NCBI GenBank assembly: GCA_001662655.1
Contig: KV460238.1
Source: Pseudogymnoascus verrucosus
Lineage: Eukaryota
DNA length: 64,000 nt
Direction: 5' to 3' (one strand)
Shown here: positions 12,605 to 24,316 of the stretch, one piece after another
Position numbering within the stretch: position 1 is the stretch's first letter
How the letters are laid out: every line of letters starts with the position of its first letter
Position numbers and translations under genes: made by a program
Notes under the pieces: generated by a model
What the model was told of the DNA's origin: nothing
The model's input: only the letters and a program-made list of their open reading frames with translations
Databases searched by the model: none

Positions 12605-13741
12605 CTAACCAAAGATCTTGAGGAAGCCCCAGATGCCGATACCACTCAGGACTGGTATGGTTAGGTTGTCATCCCAGCCAAAGATATCAACAGCTTCACT
12701 AGCCGCTGCCGCAAAACCCGTCCACACGCTCATTATTGCAAGTGCAACTCCTCCTCCAATTGTGCTCTGAGAGTCAGTGAGGCTCAGCCCGTTCTGGATG
12801 GCGCCAGGGAGTCTTAGTACACCCGTGAACATAAATGGCCAGTCGTCATCACCAGGGAACGGCCCAGTTCGCGGGGCCAACCATCCCCAGAAACCCACGG
12901 CAGTCACAACACCGACAATAAATGCAGCGGCAGTGCCAGCAAGGGATTTTCCTTTCCTGATCCGTGGAGTGTATCTGCCCCAGGCCCGCCCGAAAGTGCT
13001 TGCAGCTGTATCACACCAACTGAGGAGGAGTACTGCAACAACACTGACGTCTTTGGGAAGGAAGTAGAGCACGGTCCATGTACCGAGTAAATACCATATG
13101 ACGCCGTTCCATGAGTTGTACTCCGTCTCGCGCATGAGAGCACCAAGTGCCCTTACATATATTCGATTCAGGTATGGGAACCTAAACCTTAAATAGTCTG
13201 TTGCGGCGATAGGTACAAGTGCAGCCATCAGATAAGGTGGGATGGCGCTGGTTTGCTTTCCGGAGACGTATGCCCATAGCGTGAAGAATCCTATCGACAC
13301 ATGCAGTGCTTTCCTGGGTACCTCGTGCCTGTGAATGAAGGCGCGGAATTGTTTATGGATCGGAATCAAGCCGAGAGGGCTCGGGCTGCGACTGAAATCG
13401 CGCCAACTCCAGGCCGTCGATGGCGACAGCTTTGCTGGACTTAATAATGCCTCATCTTGTATTTCTGGCACCCCGTTGGGTTGGGCTTTGGAGATTCCGC
13501 TGGTCTTGCGAACCCTGACCGGGCTTCTGCTCTTCGGCCTCGGCCTTCTGCCAGTCGCATCGGTGCTGGAGTCTGATGACTCGTCGTCGAGATCTTCATG
13601 AATAGCCTGGGGGGTATTTACGCGCTTCCTTGCGGATGCGCGTGTCATCGGACCAGAATATCCATCCGGTGACGTCTCGGAGGGGGTGGGCGACGGTGAA
13701 ATCACCCTCGGAGTTGCCGGGATCGACCGCGGAGGCATCAT
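12605..13741 (-). CDS. DGK1: CTP-dependent diacylglycerol kinase (cytidylyltransferase family)
   Basis: HEVPRKALHVSIG, LLLSWCDTAASTFGR, KSLAGT and DDNLTIPV motifs with several TM segments. The start at MMPPRSIP is inferred. Confidence 0.88.
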   Translation of the reverse strand: MMPPRSIPATPRVISPSPTPSETSPDGYSGPMTRASARKRVNTPQAIHEDLDDESSDSSTDATGRRPRPKSRSPVRVRKTSGISKAQPNGVPEIQDEALLSPAKLSPSTAWSWRDFSRSPSPLGLIPIHKQFRAFIHRHEVPRKALHVSIGFFTLWAYVSGKQTSAIPPYLMAALVPIAATDYLRFRFPYLNRIYVRALGALMRETEYNSWNGVIWYLLGTWTVLYFLPKDVSVVAVLLLSWCDTAASTFGRAWGRYTPRIRKGKSLAGTAAAFIVGVVTAVGFWGWLAPRTGPFPGDDDWPFMFTGVLRLPGAIQNGLSLTDSQSTIGGGVALAIMSVWTGFAAAASEAVDIFGWDDNLTIPVLSGIGIWGFLKIFG

Positions 13742-14486
13742 ATGGTCAAAGGTCGGTAGCGCCCAGCAAGGTGCAACGCCGACGATAGTTCGCCGGATAT
13801 TTCGCAGTCGTAGTATATTATATGTAAAGTGGAGTTGAGTGTCGTGTGTCGTTAGGTTCGTAATTGTAGCGGTGGACTGCGCTATTGGCTCCAGTGGAGC
13901 GATAGGTACAGAGCAGGGCTGCGTTGCATCTTCATAGGAATGGAGACTCTGCCAAATATTTCGTGAGCTGGCGGCCACGCTTATTATGATATAGGAAATA
14001 GGATGTGAGAGGAAGTGAAGGATGTCGTGGCATATGAAAAACGTGGGTTGGGTTGCTGACCAGGTACAGGCACAAGGCCGCTAAGATAATGAAAAAGTGA
14101 CGAAAATGGTGGATGACGGCAGCCTTCTCTGTTAGGTCCGAGGCGCCGATGTATAAGATTTTTACGATAACAACTTTCTAGTTTGGATTCACCGCGAGGA
14201 CGTTAGAAGGTATTTTATATGAGTGTAGAGTTTAGCTATCTGAATACGGAATTTTAATAGAGATGTCTGCATTTGTTTACCTAGTCCCTGACCTCATTTC
14301 TCCAATTCTTTATCACAGATGGGAAATCAACAGCAGGCATGTGCAATGGGGGCCATTAGTCACGTGCGCTATCGATAACGATAAGAAAATTAATTCAGCG
14401 GACATTTTCGACCACGACCACATATCTTTGATACGGCGGGGAGCTTCGATACGCTCAAGCTGAGAAAAGAGCAGATATACGGCGAC

Positions 14487-16419
14487 ATGCCAGCAAAGGA
14501 TGTGACCAAGAAGGATCCCCGGGCGTGGGATGCGCTCACTCCTCCACTGTCCGATTGGACTCTCGGTGCGATCAAGACGATGGGCTTCACTCGCATGACA
14601 CCAGTCCAAGCCTCGACAATTCCACTGTTCATGGGAAATAAAGACGTTGTTGTAGAGGTTAGTTGGAATGCTTGGATCAATTTGCCAATATAATAACTAA
14701 TAAACATAGGCTGTTACTGGAAGCGGAAAGACTCTGTCGTTTCTAATACCAGTAGTTGAGAAATTACTTCGACTCCAAGAGCCACTAAGGAAGCATCACG
14801 TCGGCGCAATAATCATCTCTCCCACTCGAGAGTTGGCTACTCAACTGCACACCGTCCTGTTGTCGCTCCTTGGTTTCCATGCCCCGTCAGCAGCAAAGTT
14901 GACTCCATCCGAAGATGCGATACCATTCCCCGCGTCGACACTCTCAGTTGTCCCCCAACTGCTCCTCGGAGGAACAACAACCCCAGCCCAGGACTTGAGC
15001 GCATTCCTCAAGAACAGCCCGAACCTCCTCATTTCAACGCCTGGCCGCCTCCTCGAACTGTTGTCTTCTCCGCATGTCCACTGCCCTCAATCGTCGTTTG
15101 AAGTCCTCGTCCTCGACGAAGCCGACCGTCTCCTTGATCTGGGATTCAAAGAAGACCTCCAGCGCATTCTCGCCCGCCTCCCAAAACAACGACGCACTGG
15201 GCTCTTCAGTGCCTCTGTTTCAGAAGCAGTTGGCGAAATTGTCCGTGTTGGTCTCCGCAACCCAGTCAAAATCGCTGTGAAAGTAAAATCACTCAGCGGA
15301 GATGATAAACGAACACCGGCATCATTACAAATGTCCTATCTCCTCACACGTCCGCCCGAGAAAATACCCGCATTACTCTCACTCTTGGAGAACCTAGACC
15401 CTAAACCACAGAAAACCATTGTCTATCTTTCCACCTGCGCAGCCGTCGACTACTTCCAGCATCTCCTCATCGCTGTTCTACCGCCCAACTTCTCTTTGGT
15501 TCCCCTCCACGGCAAACACCCTCCTGCCGTGCGCACTAAGAACTTCACTAAATTCCTCAACTCCGTCACTCCCATGGTCCTTCTCACCACCGATGTTGCC
15601 GCCCGTGGTCTCGATATCCCACAAGTCGATCTGGTAGTCCAAATCGACCCACCTTCCGACCCCAAGGCTTTCCTCCACCGTTGCGGCCGTGCTGGACGCG
15701 CTGGCCGCAAAGGACTGAGTGTCATTTTCCTCCAACCTGGCCGAGAAGAGGATTACATCCCGTTCTTGGAGATTCGTAAAACGCCCATTAGCGAGCTGAC
15801 GACACCGGAGGTGAAGATTAGCGAGAAGGATGTGCGTACTATAACTGATCGTCTGCGCAAGGAGGTCTTGGATGACCGTGCCCTGCATGATAAGGGTCAG
15901 CGTGGCTTTGTATCGTGGGTCAAGAGCTACAGCAAGCACACTGCTAGCAGTATATTCCGCGTCGCAGACTTGGACTGGACCGATCTTGGTCATGCGTGGG
16001 CATTGGTGAAGCTCCCAAAGATGCCGGAGTTGAAAAAATGGGACGGAGACAAGTACCTGGGCGTCAAGCTCAACATGTCCGAGTATGAGTATAAGGATAA
16101 GATCCGCGAGAAGGCACGCATAGTTGCTATGGAGGAGGCGAAGAATGCCGGTCCATATGTGCCAACTGCAGAGCAGCTTGCAAGGAAGAAGGAGCGGAGT
16201 GCGTGGAGCGCGAAGCACGATGCACAGGATCTGAAAGAGGATAGGAGGGAGAAGAAGAAGAGGAAGAGAGAGGCGGAGAGAGTGGAGAAGATGACTGCCG
16301 AGGAGAGGGAGAAGGAGAACGAGCTGCAATCATTATTAGAGCAGGTGAGGAAGAAGACAAAGATGGAGCAGAAGGCTTTGCTTGAGTTGGATAAGCAGGA
16401 GTTTAAGGGATTTGATTAG
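14487..16419 (+). CDS. SPB4: DEAD-box rRNA helicase Spb4/DDX55; exons 14487-14657, 14710-16419
   Basis: Q motif [36 protein letters not shown] and [11 protein letters not shown]-terminal [11 protein letters not shown]...SIFR is characteristic of Spb4. Confidence 0.95.
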
Positions 16420-16682
16420 TTTAAAGCGTACCTGCGAATGACGATACGACGACGCTGTATATTTATTGCGTAAAAATATTACCACTTTCATGGAATGAGA
16501 CTGAAGATTATGTTTGAAATAATAACCGTTATTTTGTAAGTGAATTAAAGCGTATGAGCGGTGGTATGATATAATTTGATATGTTGGTGTTGGCCGTTTC
16601 GCCTGTGACGCCTGTGACGCCTGGGGCCTTACAACCTCTTCTCCCCGCCATTGTACACCACCTCTCGTCAACAGTCAACACC

Positions 16683-17363
16683 ATGCCTCGTTCCAGGTCG
16701 CGGTCACCAGCACCACGGCGCTCGCCCCCGCGGCGACGCAGCCGCTCACCAGACCGACAAGAAAAACCCCGCGACCGAGATCGCGACAGCGAAAGAGACG
16801 GAACCCGCGATCGCAAGCCTCTCGACAGACCCAAGAAGAGCGGCTTCAAATGGAAAGAGAAGCGCCGCGACGAGGACCGCCCCGAGGAGCCCAAGCGCCT
16901 TGAGCGAGGCTACCGAAACCGCTCGCCATCGCCTCGAAGACGTGAACCAGCAGCCAAGGGGTCGTCGGTTGAAGACAAATTTGGTGTTGCTACGAAGTTT
17001 GGGCCATCTGTGGCTGATAAGTTTGGGAACTCGTCGAAGTCGGAGAAAGGTTCCGCGGCGGACACCTCGAAGCCACCAGCTCGGGCGGCGGCTGCTGCTG
17101 CGGCTGCACCGGTTGCAAGTGGTGAACCTATGATTATCGTACACATCAATGATCGGTTGGGGACTAAGGCTGCGATTCCATGTCTTGCGAGCGACCCGGT
17201 TAGGCTGTTCAAAGCTCAGGTTGCGGCGCGCATTGGGAGACAGCCACACGAGATCATGTTGAAGAGACAGGGAGAACGACCATTCAAGGATCAACTGACG
17301 CTGGAGGATTACGGGGTTAGCAATGGGGTGCAGCTGGACTTGGAGATTGACACTGGAGATTAA
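16683..17363 (+). CDS. HUB1: Hub1/UBL5-like ubiquitin-like domain (17130-17360) fused to an N-terminal RS/RD-rich region
   Basis: C-terminal MIIVHINDRLGTKAAIPCLASD...FKDQLTLEDYGV aligns by eye to yeast Hub1 (MIEVVVNDRLGKKVRVKCLAED...LKDHISLEDYEV). The N terminus is MPRSRSRSPAPRRSPPRRRSRSP. Confidence 0.8.
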   Translation: MPRSRSRSPAPRRSPPRRRSRSPDRQEKPRDRDRDSERDGTRDRKPLDRPKKSGFKWKEKRRDEDRPEEPKRLERGYRNRSPSPRRREPAAKGSSVEDKFGVATKFGPSVADKFGNSSKSEKGSAADTSKPPARAAAAAAAAPVASGEPMIIVHINDRLGTKAAIPCLASDPVRLFKAQVAARIGRQPHEIMLKRQGERPFKDQLTLEDYGVSNGVQLDLEIDTGD

Positions 17364-17678
17364 TTGAAGCTCTTCAATGCTGGGAGGCTGTGGGACGGTA
17401 TCATGAGGGCGTTTAGTAGGGACTACTGGGTTTACTGTCAGAAACATAGGAATATTAAAGCACTATGGTTCATTCAAGAGATATTAGACTCAAATACTGT
17501 GACTGTGACTTATGTAGCGTACGTTCTGATCTGTTGCCATCCGCCAACTCCACCATCCACCACATATTCCCTTATCGATAAGCCTCGAGTGTTTGTAAAT
17601 ATCCATGTGCTTCAGCTACCCCAGCACCAAGAGCTTCCCCTTCACGGCACAACCAAAGATGCAGACAGCCATTGCCAA

Positions 17679-18371
17679 ATGTTAACTGTCGCACCCACCC
17701 TCCGCGTGCGGAGGCCCTCTCCAACGACGGTTGAATATATCGTCTCCACGCGCCCACCCTCCACGCTCTCGTTCCGCCTTCTGCTCGGCATCTTAACAAC
17801 CATCCGCGTGCTCCTCCTCCTGAGCATCGCCCTCCTCCTATTCTGCAAATGGCAGCTCTACCCCTCCGCGCCATCGATACTACCATATTCCCCAACGCCT
17901 GAAGTCCTCAGCCTAGACTACCTCTGGCACTCCCTCGCACTCCTCCATGCTTCGCAACTCGGCCTTGTGGCTACGCACGTGGCATCTCTCGTTCCTCTTT
18001 TCATCCTGCTCCCGCTAGCAGCTGCATTCGCCTATGTGTCCATCCTGCGCATCCACTCCCAGGAGTCCTTACTGGTCCTGCGTGGTCTTGGGATTCAGAC
18101 TTGCTCGAGCTCGTCGACGTACCTGACTGGCGCATCGACGCAGTTTATCCCCACCCAGAAGATTCAGGATCTGCTCATTAACGAGGCATTTCGTGGGTTT
18201 GAGGTCAGGTACTACTTGGTTGTGGTTGTAGAGGGGGAAAAGGAGGTGGTGGTTGTCTTTCCCAAAACGTTACCTAGGCGGAGGGTTGTGGAGGAGGTGT
18301 GGAGGGGAGGGAGGCAGTGTTTATATGGTCGAGCGAAAGCTGTAGATAAAGCTGCGAATGGGAAGGCATAG
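17679..18371 (+). CDS. GPI15: GPI-GlcNAc transferase subunit H (PIG-H/Gpi15)
   Basis: Two TM segments followed by ESLLVLRGLGIQT, FIP..KIQDLLINEAFRGFEVRYYL and VVFPKTLPRR, the PIG-H motifs. Confidence 0.88.
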   Translation: MLTVAPTLRVRRPSPTTVEYIVSTRPPSTLSFRLLLGILTTIRVLLLLSIALLLFCKWQLYPSAPSILPYSPTPEVLSLDYLWHSLALLHASQLGLVATHVASLVPLFILLPLAAAFAYVSILRIHSQESLLVLRGLGIQTCSSSSTYLTGASTQFIPTQKIQDLLINEAFRGFEVRYYLVVVVEGEKEVVVVFPKTLPRRRVVEEVWRGGRQCLYGRAKAVDKAANGKA

Positions 18372-18443
18372 GATGTTTAATGTTGGGATGGCACAGATGG
18401 AAGGGACCGAGTCTAATGATGAATATATGTATTGTTAAATGTT

Positions 18444-20229
18444 CTACTCGTCTCCGTTGTCAGTAGGATTGTTCATCCTCCTAAAGCCCTGCTTCTTCAG
18501 GTCCGCGGAATCCTCGAAGCCTTTCCGTACGGCGTACTTCTCGTTGATCACCTTGGGCGTCTCCATCAGCGGCTTCTTCATGACTGGAGTGTATTGTCCG
18601 GTCAATTTCGGCTTGTTGTTCCCGTCATAGACCTTCTGGCTCCTGACAACCTTGGCCCAGTGATCGCTTGTCATACCTTCAATGGCACCTCCTTGCCTTG
18701 CGACTGCACCCAGGAGGTTACTTGCAAGTACCTCATCAATCTTTCTCTCGCGCCAGACCTTCCAGAGATCTTCCATTAGACCAGTTGTGCCCCATTTCGT
18801 GTCGCCGCGGCCGGGCTCGTCACCGACATGGAGCCATTGGATGGCATTCTCTCGACTGGGATCATCTTCATGAGGAAAGACGCAGTCCCAAAGGACGAGT
18901 GGTGAATCCTGTGCCATTTCATAAGCTGGCCGGGAGGGAGTTTTCTCAACGTCAAGGAGCTCCTTTATGATAGTTGGTTTCTCCAGGCCCTGGCCAACTA
19001 GGAAGAGAATAGCCACCATGCAGCGGACTTGATGCCATAGGAATGCCGAACCGTGGAGAGTGAAGGTATATACCTTCGGAGATATCTGCTCGTTTGGTCT
19101 AGTGATAGAGGTCGCTGGAAGAAATTCCTTCTTCCCTACAAAGTCCAATGTCGGGGTTGTATCGTCCACTTCCAAGATATCAGCGAAAAACATCGTCCGC
19201 TCGAAATTCTCTATCTGTTTGCTGCCATCGATCTTGCAGAAGTTCCTGAAATCATGAGGCCCAACGAAGTAACTAGCCGCTTCACGCATAGCCTCGATAT
19301 CGAGCCATCCATCCTTGACATTGGTGTTCTTATTCGTACTTTTGATGCTTGGATTCTCTGGCGTCGGTGCGAACGCGGGTTGCGTGAAGAAGTACTTATA
19401 CTGCCTCTCTTTGCAGCTGAACCTGGCTGAGAACCCGAGAGGCGGCGCCGGGCACCATGCCAAGATTCGGATATCTGGAGGAAGAAGTCGGTTTAATAGG
19501 TGGCAATATGGTAGCTCATCCGCAATCGGATCGAAGTTGAGAGCTTCCTCGAATTCCGGATCATCGATGCTTAATTCAGGCGTGATCTGTGACCTTGCCA
19601 CTTCAATGCTAGGACGAAGAGCAGGCGAAGCCATCTCAACTGCCCCATCGCGGGGCTTTGTGTGGCGAAAATCATCCGTCTCATCCTTAGGTCCCTCGGC
19701 CGTGTGCTTTGGTAGAGGCCTATTACTCCTGACTCTCAGGCCGATGACCTGCCCAAATGCACTGACGCCCTTGTCGGTACGCCCGCACTTCGAATAGTCG
19801 CATCCATCCCAGTTTATTTCGCCGCTGCCATCGTGCTGACCCAGAGATGAGCCCTTGGGGAATATGAACCGTGCTTTAACGAGCGCCTCCCATATCTTCT
19901 CCTCGACAGTTGGCAACCGCGTCTTGTTGTTTAAATGGTGCTCGAAGCCGTTGTAGGCCTTTCCCAGATATGCCAATTTCAGCGCGATGAGGCGGGTAGA
20001 GTATCTAGAGGGGTCGAAGGCCTTTTCTGTGCGCACTTTCTTGTAGCTCTTTGCTGGTGTCGCGACGGGATAGCTGCATGGTCATTAGCCAGGTTGGGAT
20101 AGAAGATTAGGTTGCCACCAACTGTGCATTCTTGAGTTTTAGGTTGTGCTCCAGCTCTGTCACTCGTTTTATGAGATTTTCGTGAGACCACTCTTTGTAG
20201 TTTATTTTCTCTACAGGCGGGGTTGCCAT
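18444..20229 (-). CDS. DEG1: tRNA pseudouridine(38/39) synthase, TruA family; one intron at about 20074-20122
   Basis: IALKLAYLGKAYNG, catalytic CGRTDKGVSA, FSARFSCKERQYKY, HDFRNFCK and GSAFLWHQVRCM. The N-terminal coiled coil is typical of Pus3/Deg1. Confidence 0.92.
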
Positions 20230-20580
20230 ATTTTGAAGCCCGAGTCTTGCCGCCTTCTTCCTCCTCTCGATTTCAAAATGAGTAAGGAGTTGCGGTGGTG
20301 AGGCGTGAAAATGCCTATTTTTTGAGTCGCCAAGAGATTTTAAAGACTTTCTCCAGTTGCGCAGTTGTGAGGTTCTCATCTCAAGGCCTCTGGTGGCCTG
20401 GGAGTCAGTTGGGTTTCTGAGTCGTACCCAAAGACTTTTTTTGGGGAGACGCGGAGTGACACATTAATCGCCGAGTCCCTGAACTCTGTGCTCTCCGGTC
20501 CCACTTCTGGGCCTGGCTTATCGATAAGATAACGATGGATTTGAACGTCAGTTCGCCTTTCACTATTCAACCACCATTCA

Positions 20581-21300
20581 ATGGCCGATTCCGATCCCGA
20601 TTCGCCTGTGGTCTCTATTCTATTCCTCGGCGATGCTGGATGTGGAACGTCTACGTTCTTCTCGTAAGTCTTGAATTGGTCATGATCGATCCAAGCTAAA
20701 CAAATCCCAGGCGGATAAGCCAAGGCGCCGCGGGGCAACAGGCCGACAGACACATTGCGCCTCTTCGTGATGGCGACCAACCGTTCGTTTATGATATAAA
20801 GTTTTGCAATCGTCCGTTTCGATTTCAGCTTTATGACACCGCAAGCCCTGTAAACTGGAAGCTCTTGCATCCCGATGTGGTTGTGCTGTGCTTTGATGTG
20901 AGCCAGAGGTTGAGCATGATTAATATGCAGAGATATGTAAGGATACACTTTCCAATCCCAGCTTACTATCAGCGAGGCTATTGATAGACAGTGCCTAACG
21001 TATGTTCAGTGGATCAATGAGACTATCAAGTCATTTATGCTGGAACGAGAGCTTCCAATTATTGTGCTTGGCTTGAAGCGCGATTTGCGTAGCGAGACAG
21101 ACCCGAATGGGATCATATATCCACAAGAAGCATATAGAATTGCTCAAGAGATGAGATGTGATAAGTATATAGAGTGTTCAGCGGTCACGGGCGAACTTTT
21201 GAAGGAAGCTTGGGAAGATATCTGCAAGACTGGTGCACAGACAACGAACAAGGTAGATGGGCTGCAGGGTCTCAGTGAGGGAGGGTGTTTGATAATGTAA
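20581..21300 (+). CDS. Atypical Rho-like small GTPase (199 aa); exons 20581-20663, 20711-20936, 21010-21300
   Basis: Spliced product has a G1-like ILFLGDAGCGTST, a G3-like LYDTASP, G4 GLKRDLR, G5 ECSA and a CAAX box (CLIM). It is only partly captured by the ORF track. Confidence 0.82.
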
Positions 21301-21417
21301 AGAACCATCTCGTGAAATTTTCAGACACCCTGAAGTTATGTGTCTTGTTCCCGCGCCTATATACCCCGTGTGAGAACGCCGCGCAATGCTAAATACCAAC
21401 CCAACCTTATGTTCCGT

Positions 21418-22034
21418 CTATTGCTGCCCTTCCATCTTTATATCTTCATTCCTTGCCAGCTTGGCTTCATTGTCCTTTTCTCTATGCCCACTTGCCTCAG
21501 CTGCCATGATCTGTCTATCCTTTTGGTCAGGCGTCCCGAGCACCTCTGCGACGATATTGAGGATATCGTCGCGAATACCGTCGACATCTTCGTAGAACCG
21601 GTCATCAAATTCCTGGATCAGGATATTCAACACCGCAGGGCTCATCGGCCTATTGTTCATAATCATGATTATCTCGGCTTTTGTGAGGTCGTACGGACGG
21701 AGGCGCTCCAAGAGAGTACGGATAGTGTCTTTGTTGTATGGCAGGGGCTTGCTCCCCAGTGGAGACGGAGGCTTCTCGAAGTAGTCCATGAGCTCCATGA
21801 CTATGGTTTGCAGGTTTCCCGGTCCTGGAAATAGTGTTAGCATTCCAGCCAGAAAAGACATTGAGGGCGGGGTCGAGTAGATTTATTTGCAGACTGTATG
21901 TCGCGGCTTGAACGCTGGCTATTCTTACCTCTCTTGTTTTTGCGCTCCTTCGCATACCTCTCTCTCAATTCCGACAGATGAGTGAACACTTCATAGTTTG
22001 TTAAGACCGCTGACTGGGCTTCAAGGATCTTCAT
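21418..22034 (-). CDS. RPC17: RNA polymerase III subunit C17 (Rpb4/HRDC-like); intron 21825-21928
   Basis: MKILEAQSAVLTNYEVFTHL start and LTKAEIIMIMNNRP...LIQEFDDRF motif. Confidence 0.88.
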
Positions 22035-22962
22035 TCTGGTTTGCGACCCCGCGGTGCCGTTGTCTCAGAGGCTTCTGGTTGGTGTTCAGGCAGTGAAACA
22101 GATCCCTGATCAGCCAGACGAGCTACTACTGAGTTGCCTCTTTATTCTTTGGTACAGTATGAGATGTAAGAACGTGGATAATATGGAAGGCGCGACCTGG
22201 TTGTTTATATGAGCACTATATGGGCAGCTTGTACAGTAGATTAGCGAAGCAGCGTTTTAGTTTACTGGTCACCGCTGAGACACCAACGCCGCTTAAAGTG
22301 ATTACAGTAGCTGTGAATAAAATAACAGCCTTTGATCTTCCAATACGCCTTTTCATACACCAGGAACTTAAGAATTAAAACAACCAGCGTAATTCCCATC
22401 AGCTGCATTTTTACTATTTGATTCCCAACTACTGCACCGTACGCACGGTCCTTCCTTCAAACTTTTTGGCCGCATGAGCAACTTCCAGTATGCGTTTATC
22501 GGAGTGAATTCTGCCGAGGCGGTGAAGCTGATTAGGTTTTTAATGCGCCATTTATGTCAAAGCTCTAACATTCCGCATTGATTGGGGTGGGGCACAACTT
22601 TTTTCCTTGACCTCGCGCCGAAACTACGATTGAGCCGCCTCTCGCAATTCCTCGTTTTCCTCTCCATCCGGAGGAAACAACCTCAAAATTCCTGTGTTTT
22701 CACAAGCACCAATATTCCAAATGTTGAAAGCAAACTTTACATTCGAAAGTGCTTAACCACTACTCTCCCCTCTGCCTTCACCGCATCCTCAAGTCACCCC
22801 TCATACCGACTTTTCCTTATCCAATCGAACGTGAACGGGAAACATCGGACAATCGAAATAATCCTTCATCTGCTCAACTGCTTCTTACCGGCAAGCAAGT
22901 TTGCTTAACTAGCAGACCTCCTACCTTGAAAGAAACAACATAAATACTCCGACCTTTTCACG

Positions 22963-24316
22963 ATGACCAGAAACATCGTCATACTGGGTGGCAACTCGCA
23001 TCCTCAGCTGGTCGAGACGATTTGCAATACTCTTGGCGTTGCTGCCTGTGATCGAATCCTCAAAAAGTTCTCGGTCGGTGAAAGTCGACTTGAGATTCAA
23101 GACTCAGTCAGAGGAAAGGATGTCTACATCATTCAGTCAGGTGGTGGGAAGGTCAACGACAACTTCATCGACCTATGCATCATGATCTCCGCGTGCAAAA
23201 CCGGCTCGGCAAAGCGAGTCACCGCAGTCCTACCGCTATTTCCCTACTCGAGGCAGCCAGATATTCCTTATAATAAGGTTGGAGCGCCTCTAACCCGAAA
23301 TCCAACAGACGTTAACCGGACTGACTTTTCCTTCGAGAGTCGTCCAGCTACACCGAGCTTGTCTCAGCCACAGAGTCAAGGCTTGGCAAATGGCATCGGT
23401 AACTTGCACAAGAAGCTTGGAAAGTCGTCGTTAGAGGATAACATGTCGAATGGTATTACCCCGCCTAGGCGACAAGATACGAGCGATAGCAGCAATGGAT
23501 CAGTCAGGGAAGAGAAGGGCGCTCAAACACCCCACTTTACGACTCACGACTACGAGAACAACGCAGTCATCAACAACGCGGCATTTTTCCAGCCAAAGCC
23601 TGGATACAAGCAGTGGGTTGCTCAAGCGGGCACCCTTGTCGCGGATCTGCTTACCTGCGCCGGAGCGGACCACATCATCACCATGGACCTTCACGACCCG
23701 CAATACCAAGGCTTCTTCGATATCCCCGTTGACAATCTCTACGGCAAGCCGCTTCTCAAGAGATATATCCAACAACATATTCCAAACTTCAAGGATGCAG
23801 TCATCGTCAGCCCAGACGCCGGCGGTGCAAAGCGAGCCACAGCAATTGCCGACGGCTTGAACATGGACTTCGCCCTGATTCATAAGGTAACATAACCTGC
23901 CTCTTGACCGGGGCTACAAACTAATTAAACCCTAGGAACGTCGTCCGACTCGCATCACTGACCGCCAAAACGCCACCATGATGCTTGTGGGAGATGTCGC
24001 TGGCCGGGTCGCCATTATCATCGATGATCTCGCTGATACATCCAACACCATTACCCGCGCCGCCAAGCTTGTAAAGAGAGAGGGCGCTACCTACGTCTAC
24101 GCTCTCCTCACACACGGAGTTTTCAGCGGCGACGCCATCGCTCGCATCAACGCGAGCGCCATCGACAAAGTCATCGTCACTAACAGTGTCCCACAAGAAG
24201 AGCACAAGCGCCTGTGCCCGAAACTCGAAGTACTGGAGATTGGCGGCATTTTCGCAGAGTCGATCCGAAGGGTATACCACGGCGAATCCATCAGCGTCCT
24301 TTTCCAGTACGACTAG
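22963..24316 (+). CDS. Ribose-phosphate pyrophosphokinase, PRS5-like (long insertion in the N-terminal domain); exons 22963-23886, 23936-24316
   Basis: PLFPYSRQ, ITMDLHDPQYQGFFDIPVDNL, VSPDAGGAKR and IIIDDLADTSNT motifs. An ~100-aa low-complexity insertion follows YSRQ, as in yeast Prs5. Confidence 0.9.
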
